Of a stretch of 64,000 nucleotides of DNA, positions 59,340-64,000 are shown piece by piece. The position numbers were made by a program, and so were the translations under genes. The notes below the pieces were generated by a model, which worked only from the letters and a program-made list of their open reading frames with translations, searched no databases and was not told where the DNA came from. Each line of letters opens with the position of its first letter. The first letter of the stretch is position 1. Origin of the DNA: Escherichia phage vB_EcoM_11B_SA_NWU; sequence record OR062527. One strand, given 5' to 3'.

Positions 59340-59525
59340 TTAATAGAGAGCTAAAAGAGTACGATATACTTCAAACTTTGGACCTTTTTCATATGGATCA
59401 AATCTTTCCGTGAATTCATCATATGCTAGTTTATCTGGGAATTCAAGAATAACCTGCGATACCGCAGTGGAAACATCTCCACCTTCTTTTTGAGCCACGA
59501 CAATTGTTTCTAAGTAAGCTTTCAT
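59340..59525 (-). CDS. hypothetical protein 61 aa
   Basis: ORF overlapping ligase stop by 4 nt. Confidence 0.45.
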   Translation of the reverse strand: MKAYLETIVVAQKEGGDVSTAVSQVILEFPDKLAYDEFTERFDPYEKGPKFEVYRTLLALY

Positions 59526-60985
59526 AAACCAGTTACCTCATGAAAATCGCCAAATACATCTTCGAACGTATTAGCTTTAGTTTTATCTTCACGTAAACGA
59601 ATTGCAATTGGAAGAAATAGCTTAACGTAATCAGTACGTCCATCTAATTTTACCCAGCCGTTGCATTCGCACTCTAGAATTTTTCCAATATAATAATTTT
59701 GGTTTTCCATAATGCGAGTACGGTCAAGTTCATGCGATTTTACGCCGGCTTTATCTTTTAAGCCTGAACCAGCATTTACTTTAATTTTTCCACACTCTGA
59801 TTCAAGAATGAAACCACCTGCTTTAGTAGGGTCTTTACGGTGAGGATAAATTCCTACAATTTTTAAATCAACATCAATTACTTCTTTAAATTTATAAAGA
59901 TTTTTTGAACGAGCATTTTCCCATAATCCATCGATATTTTTGAGAATAATACCTTCAAGACCTTGGTCAATATACTTTTTGTAAATTACCTTAGCTTCAT
60001 CTAGGTTATTTACTACTTGGTTTTCAATTAAAATTACTTTATCATAGCCTGATGTCATTTGTTCTAGTTTAGAAAAACGTACATCATATTTTAAACGAAA
60101 CGCCGGAAGACCGTATATTTCTACCAACGGAACATAATCCCAGACCTGAAACTTCATGCATTGAGCTTCTTTTTCTGAAATAGTTCCCTTTAAAGATTTA
60201 TTAGCGATTCCATTAGAAGTAGTACGTGATTCAGCTACTTCGGCGAATTCTTTAGCTTTACTAATTTCAGGATAAGCATCAAAAAGAAAATCTAGGCCTT
60301 CTGGCTCCTTTTCAACTTGCTCATGGTATACCAATTCGCCATCAATTAACACACCTTCTGGATGAATCTGGCGAGCTTCTGCAGTCATTTTGATTAACTC
60401 TTCTTTGAGAAGATCTAATCCTAGATATTCATTACCAGCTCGTGATAAAAGACGAACATCATCTAATTCATCACCTCTGACTTCAGCAAAGCACCGAGCT
60501 CCATCAGCTTTTAATTGGGCAAAGGCTGGAAATTTGATATTCTTATTAATGCCTTTTTCATCATAAGAACTTGCCAGCATTTGAGGTTGTTCAGGAATTA
60601 AACCTGGCCAAACTTTATTTGCAATAGATACAGAAGCACCACATTCAAGGTCTCGCATCATTACTCGACGTAATACTTCAACATCATCTTTTTTACCATC
60701 GGTGATATATCCGATTAATTCCTCAATTGCCGCATTTCCAGTCAATTTCCGAGTAGCTAACGTGAATTCAATGAAGTCAAGCATATCGGTAAGAGTCAAC
60801 ATTCCAAAACTCTGGGTAGTAATACCCGGTTTAGGCCATTTCTTGATATAATACTGTAACCCACGAGAATAAGTCAGACGATATACTCGTTTAAGCAATT
60901 CATTATCTTTATTCTTTTCAAGAATTGCTTGCTTCTGCTTAGTTGAACCAATAGATGCTATTTCGTTCAGAATTTTAAGAATCAT
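59522..60985 (-). CDS. 30: ATP-dependent DNA ligase gp30
   Basis: 487 aa; adenylation motif KADGAR; N-terminus MILKILNEIASIGSTKQKQ as T4 ligase. Confidence 0.95.
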   Translation of the reverse strand: MILKILNEIASIGSTKQKQAILEKNKDNELLKRVYRLTYSRGLQYYIKKWPKPGITTQSFGMLTLTDMLDFIEFTLATRKLTGNAAIEELIGYITDGKKDDVEVLRRVMMRDLECGASVSIANKVWPGLIPEQPQMLASSYDEKGINKNIKFPAFAQLKADGARCFAEVRGDELDDVRLLSRAGNEYLGLDLLKEELIKMTAEARQIHPEGVLIDGELVYHEQVEKEPEGLDFLFDAYPEISKAKEFAEVAESRTTSNGIANKSLKGTISEKEAQCMKFQVWDYVPLVEIYGLPAFRLKYDVRFSKLEQMTSGYDKVILIENQVVNNLDEAKVIYKKYIDQGLEGIILKNIDGLWENARSKNLYKFKEVIDVDLKIVGIYPHRKDPTKAGGFILESECGKIKVNAGSGLKDKAGVKSHELDRTRIMENQNYYIGKILECECNGWVKLDGRTDYVKLFLPIAIRLREDKTKANTFEDVFGDFHEVTGL

Positions 60986-61251
60986 TGTTCATCCTTTAGA
61001 GTTTGGTTTACAGCTCTATTATAAATCAATTCATCATTAAGCTCAGTCAAAGACCTGTGGTACGTGGTTCTAACTTTATTTCCTTGCATCCAGTGCTTGA
61101 CGTAAATGAAACCTTGCTCTACACATTTTTTAAAAATTCGTTCGTCTTTTTGAGCTCGGAATTCTGGATTGCATCTAAAAAATTGATTTACGTGACCGTA
61201 ATCACGTGTAGTATTACCTTCATTTTCATAAATAGTGTGAACAACAAACAT
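60982..61251 (-). CDS. hypothetical protein (30.1-like)
   Basis: 89 aa ORF. Confidence 0.5.
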   Translation of the reverse strand: MFVVHTIYENEGNTTRDYGHVNQFFRCNPEFRAQKDERIFKKCVEQGFIYVKHWMQGNKVRTTYHRSLTELNDELIYNRAVNQTLKDEQ

Positions 61252-62087
61252 CAGAATGCTCCTTGGAAAATATTATCACCACTAGTAGGTCTATTATACA
61301 AATACTCTATGCCACCGGGTTTAATATAGTTCCATGTCTGAAACGGATGCGTCTGATATGGATGATATAGATTATAAGGATTAAATCCAGGAGTTCTCCA
61401 GGTAGTGTTCCAAGGAAAAGAATCATTTTTAATCATCTTTTCAATTACATCTTTTATAGCTTTTTCACTATCAAAACTTTCTTTATTTTCATTCGATGGA
61501 AAAAGCTTATTCTCTACATCATTCCATGTATAAACTCGCTGTGCAGTTTTTGGAATACTGTCACGCTCCCCTCGAGCCATCCAATAAACAGGAACATTTA
61601 ATATTTCACTCGCATGATCGCAGTGGTGAGCGAGATCGTCAATATAACAAATTACGTTATATTTCTCTTTTGCCTTTTTGAACAACTCTTCTTTTGAAGA
61701 ATCATGACCACACATCAATACTTCTGAGAAGGCACCAGGAAAAAGAGCATTCAAATTAAATTGACGATTCAGCAGAGCGTCAATAGAATCACCCAGTGCT
61801 GTAACAGCTACAAAATTATAATCTTCTTTTAATTTGTTAATTACACACAGGGCATCTTTATATGGAGACAAGTAACGAATAAAATCTGAACGATTGTATT
61901 TTTCAATTAACTTGACACCAAGTTCTTCATCACAATTAAAAAGTTTACCAGGTGAAATAAATTTTTCGTCCTGAATCATTTTTAAAATATGTTCTAATGG
62001 AAGATTATATTTTTGGGCAAAATAAGGAAGGCCTGATTGCCAGCTTAAACATACTCCATCAATATCAGTTAAAATAGTAGGCTTCAT
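61251..62087 (-). CDS. HAD-like phosphatase candidate (30.2-like)
   Basis: N-terminal motif ILTDIDGV (DxDG[TV]) typical of HAD hydrolases. Confidence 0.55.
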   Translation of the reverse strand: MKPTILTDIDGVCLSWQSGLPYFAQKYNLPLEHILKMIQDEKFISPGKLFNCDEELGVKLIEKYNRSDFIRYLSPYKDALCVINKLKEDYNFVAVTALGDSIDALLNRQFNLNALFPGAFSEVLMCGHDSSKEELFKKAKEKYNVICYIDDLAHHCDHASEILNVPVYWMARGERDSIPKTAQRVYTWNDVENKLFPSNENKESFDSEKAIKDVIEKMIKNDSFPWNTTWRTPGFNPYNLYHPYQTHPFQTWNYIKPGGIEYLYNRPTSGDNIFQGAF

Positions 62088-62548
62088 AGAGAGTCTCTTA
62101 ATAGGTTTAACACATCAATAAATTCAGCTTCGGTTAGTATTGTATCATCTTTTGTTAGACCACTAGCCATGCTGTGCTTCAAAACTTTTCCTTTCGAGGC
62201 TTGTAATGCATCACGAAACCCCTTGTTTTGAATCGCTGCTTCAAAATATGCATTTGTATACAATTCTTTCCACGCTGGGGAGTATCTTGAAAATGGAACT
62301 CCGAGCCAGAAGAGGGTCCCACGGTCCGCAGCTCTTGCATAAGACCTTCCAGCTTGTTGGGCGGCAAGCCCGGATAACCCAAATATACGTCTTTGCTGCT
62401 CAACATTTTTCACCTTGCATCCTTGGAGGAATCCTTCAAGACCTCCGAATTGAATACCATCCATGACGAAAGGCCATTGGGCGAAATTACTTAATGCGCA
62501 TGATGGCCATCTAAAATTGCTTCTAATCTCTAACTCAGACATTTTCAA
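62084..62548 (-). CDS. hypothetical protein (30.3-like)
   Basis: 154 aa ORF. Confidence 0.5.
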   Translation of the reverse strand: MKMSELEIRSNFRWPSCALSNFAQWPFVMDGIQFGGLEGFLQGCKVKNVEQQRRIFGLSGLAAQQAGRSYARAADRGTLFWLGVPFSRYSPAWKELYTNAYFEAAIQNKGFRDALQASKGKVLKHSMASGLTKDDTILTEAEFIDVLNLLRDSL

Positions 62549-62741
62549 TACTTATAATTTCAACATCAGCCCAATGACCATAGCAAGGAAGACGAAATTC
62601 AACTGGCCAGTTAGGGTCCTTTTCTAATATAATAGACTTAACTTGTGGTTCTTCATGTTCATCAGTATATGGATTTTTATCTGTTACTTTATATGTGACC
62701 TTAATGTATTGAATTCCAAAAATCTTATTAATTATATTCAT
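62535..62741 (-). CDS. hypothetical protein 68 aa
   Basis: ORF in overlapping string. Confidence 0.45.
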   Translation of the reverse strand: MNIINKIFGIQYIKVTYKVTDKNPYTDEHEEPQVKSIILEKDPNWPVEFRLPCYGHWADVEIISIENV

Positions 62742-62935
62742 ACTAATTCCTTTAATCCGTAAATAGGAGACAATTCATCACCCATACGAAGGTCTTCATT
62801 TCCATCTACCCAGGAAACAATATAAGCCTCTTTTATTTGAACACCACTCCATTTAAATGGAGGTAGAACCTTAGAAATTAATCCAGGTATACCAACTCCC
62901 TTTAATTCAACAGTTTGACCTAAAAAGAATTTCAT
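62738..62935 (-). CDS. hypothetical protein 65 aa
   Basis: ORF in overlapping string. Confidence 0.45.
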   Translation of the reverse strand: MKFFLGQTVELKGVGIPGLISKVLPPFKWSGVQIKEAYIVSWVDGNEDLRMGDELSPIYGLKELV

Positions 62936-63222
62936 TAGAACCTCATCTGAAAACCATGCGATTTAACATTACCGCCGCCAATATCAGAAATATTAATTTC
63001 ACGCGCAATCGAAGGATCGATGTCAATTTCACGATTAAGTTTAGCGATAGCTAAAGTATCACGCCCATTTACAGTACGGAACTCTAAAGGACAAACCACA
63101 TCAACGTAATTTTTAATCGATTCACTAGTAGGCTGCAAATGAGCAGGAAGGTCTTTAGGCGCCTTTGAGAAAACCACTTCACAAAAATTTTTGCGGGTGT
63201 CAAAATAAGTAGTCATAAACAT
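62935..63222 (-). CDS. hypothetical protein 95 aa
   Basis: ORF in overlapping string. Confidence 0.45.
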   Translation of the reverse strand: MFMTTYFDTRKNFCEVVFSKAPKDLPAHLQPTSESIKNYVDVVCPLEFRTVNGRDTLAIAKLNREIDIDPSIAREINISDIGGGNVKSHGFQMRF

Positions 63223-63263
63223 AATATTTTCCTCAGTAAGGGGCCAAAGCCCCTCATTTTATT

Positions 63264-63629
63264 TTAAATATCAAATTCATTAAGAACTACATCAAAGATT
63301 GCTTCAAGATGCTCAGGTTTAGCTCTGTTACTCAGAATATGACGAATCCAAGTTTTAACCAAAAGCTTGCGATTAGCACCATTCCAGCAAGGATGAGTCC
63401 CTAAATCGCGTTGACGAAAATCATCATCCAGAGCGATTTTAAAGTTGGAACCTTCCATTGTGATTGAAACCGTGATGCCATTTTCAAATCGCATATAAAC
63501 GTAGTTAGGAGTCATATACTGTTCAATTTCGCATACTGATCCATTTTGATGTTTCCAAAGGCAAATAGTATCAATAGAACCTGCAATACCATTAGAAACA
63601 TATTTACGTTCAAAGTTGATGTAGTTCAT
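63264..63629 (-). CDS. hypothetical protein 121 aa
   Basis: SD GGAGAA; early promoter with stem-loop upstream. Confidence 0.5.
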   Translation of the reverse strand: MNYINFERKYVSNGIAGSIDTICLWKHQNGSVCEIEQYMTPNYVYMRFENGITVSITMEGSNFKIALDDDFRQRDLGTHPCWNGANRKLLVKTWIRHILSNRAKPEHLEAIFDVVLNEFDI

Positions 63630-63655
63630 TTTTATTCTCCGAGATGTTTAATTGC

Positions 63656-63695
63656 GGTACAGGTATATAATATCATATCCTGTACCAAAGTAAAC
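63656..63695 (-). promoter_or_regulatory. early promoter GTTTAC-17-TATTAT enclosed by stem-loop GGTACAGG/CCTGTACC
   Basis: hexamers plus 8-bp inverted repeat around -10. Confidence 0.55.
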
Positions 63696-63697
63696 AA

Positions 63698-63964
63698 TTA
63701 TTTTACTACTTTCCAGTGTTGCATGTCAAGTTTACCGACTTTTTTCATCTTCTCAATTAAGCGTTCGGCACGTTGGCGAGCTGTAACATAATGCCATTCG
63801 CCTAATTCATTTTGTTCAATTTTTCCAACGATTACTGTATTCAATTCATAAATCCAACCAGTAAAGAAATTATGAACTTGAATTGTAAAGGTGAAATCTG
63901 TTCCCATACCTTCTGTTGTTTCTACTTCAATAATATCACCTTCAACTGCCATTAAGAACCACAT
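63698..63964 (-). CDS. hypothetical protein 88 aa
   Basis: ORF. Confidence 0.45.
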   Translation of the reverse strand: MWFLMAVEGDIIEVETTEGMGTDFTFTIQVHNFFTGWIYELNTVIVGKIEQNELGEWHYVTARQRAERLIEKMKKVGKLDMQHWKVVK

Positions 63965-64000
63965 AGTTTCGTTATATTCACCATTGAAGCATTTAGCTTT

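Overview
This window reads as a T4-like (Tequatrovirus-type) myophage genome segment; gene names are assigned from remembered T4 protein sequences, lengths and gene order, with no database search run. Layout: (1) 1-3.4 kb, minus-strand early accessory genes: nudE plus a run of overlapping small membrane and hypothetical proteins. (2) 3.5-4.1 kb, a late-promoter cassette for an internal-protein-like gene with an N-terminal capsid targeting sequence (CTS), bracketed by two near-identical terminator hairpins. (3) 4.1-6.5 kb, a minus-strand cluster of 11 tRNAs plus a tRNA-like RNA, interrupted by a GIY-YIG homing endonuclease (segB-like) and an unknown ORF. (4) 6.6-7.5 kb, three small ORFs driven by an early promoter, likely a hypervariable accessory locus. 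(5) 7.5-10.9 kb, 57B/57A/1/3/2/4 on the minus strand. (6) 10.9-40.8 kb, the plus-strand late structural block 53, 5, 5.1, 5.4, 6-12, wac, 13-24, with TATAAATA late promoters and tetraloop hairpins. (7) 40.9-44.6 kb, rnlB, 24.2, 24.3, hoc (with an internally duplicated Ig-like domain) and inh. (8) uvsW/uvsW.1, uvsY with two small upstream ORFs, and baseplate genes 25/26/51/27/28/29/48/54. (9) 54.8-59.3 kb, two tandem alt-like ADP-ribosyltransferase genes. (10) DNA ligase (30) and a string of small 30.x ORFs. Most of the window is ordinary conserved phage core. The most notable observations are the tandem alt paralogs, the CTS internal-protein cassette, the small-ORF accessory loci behind repeated early-promoter/stem-loop modules, the Hoc domain duplication, and the 11-tRNA cluster. 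No CRISPR array, integrase or transposon was seen.
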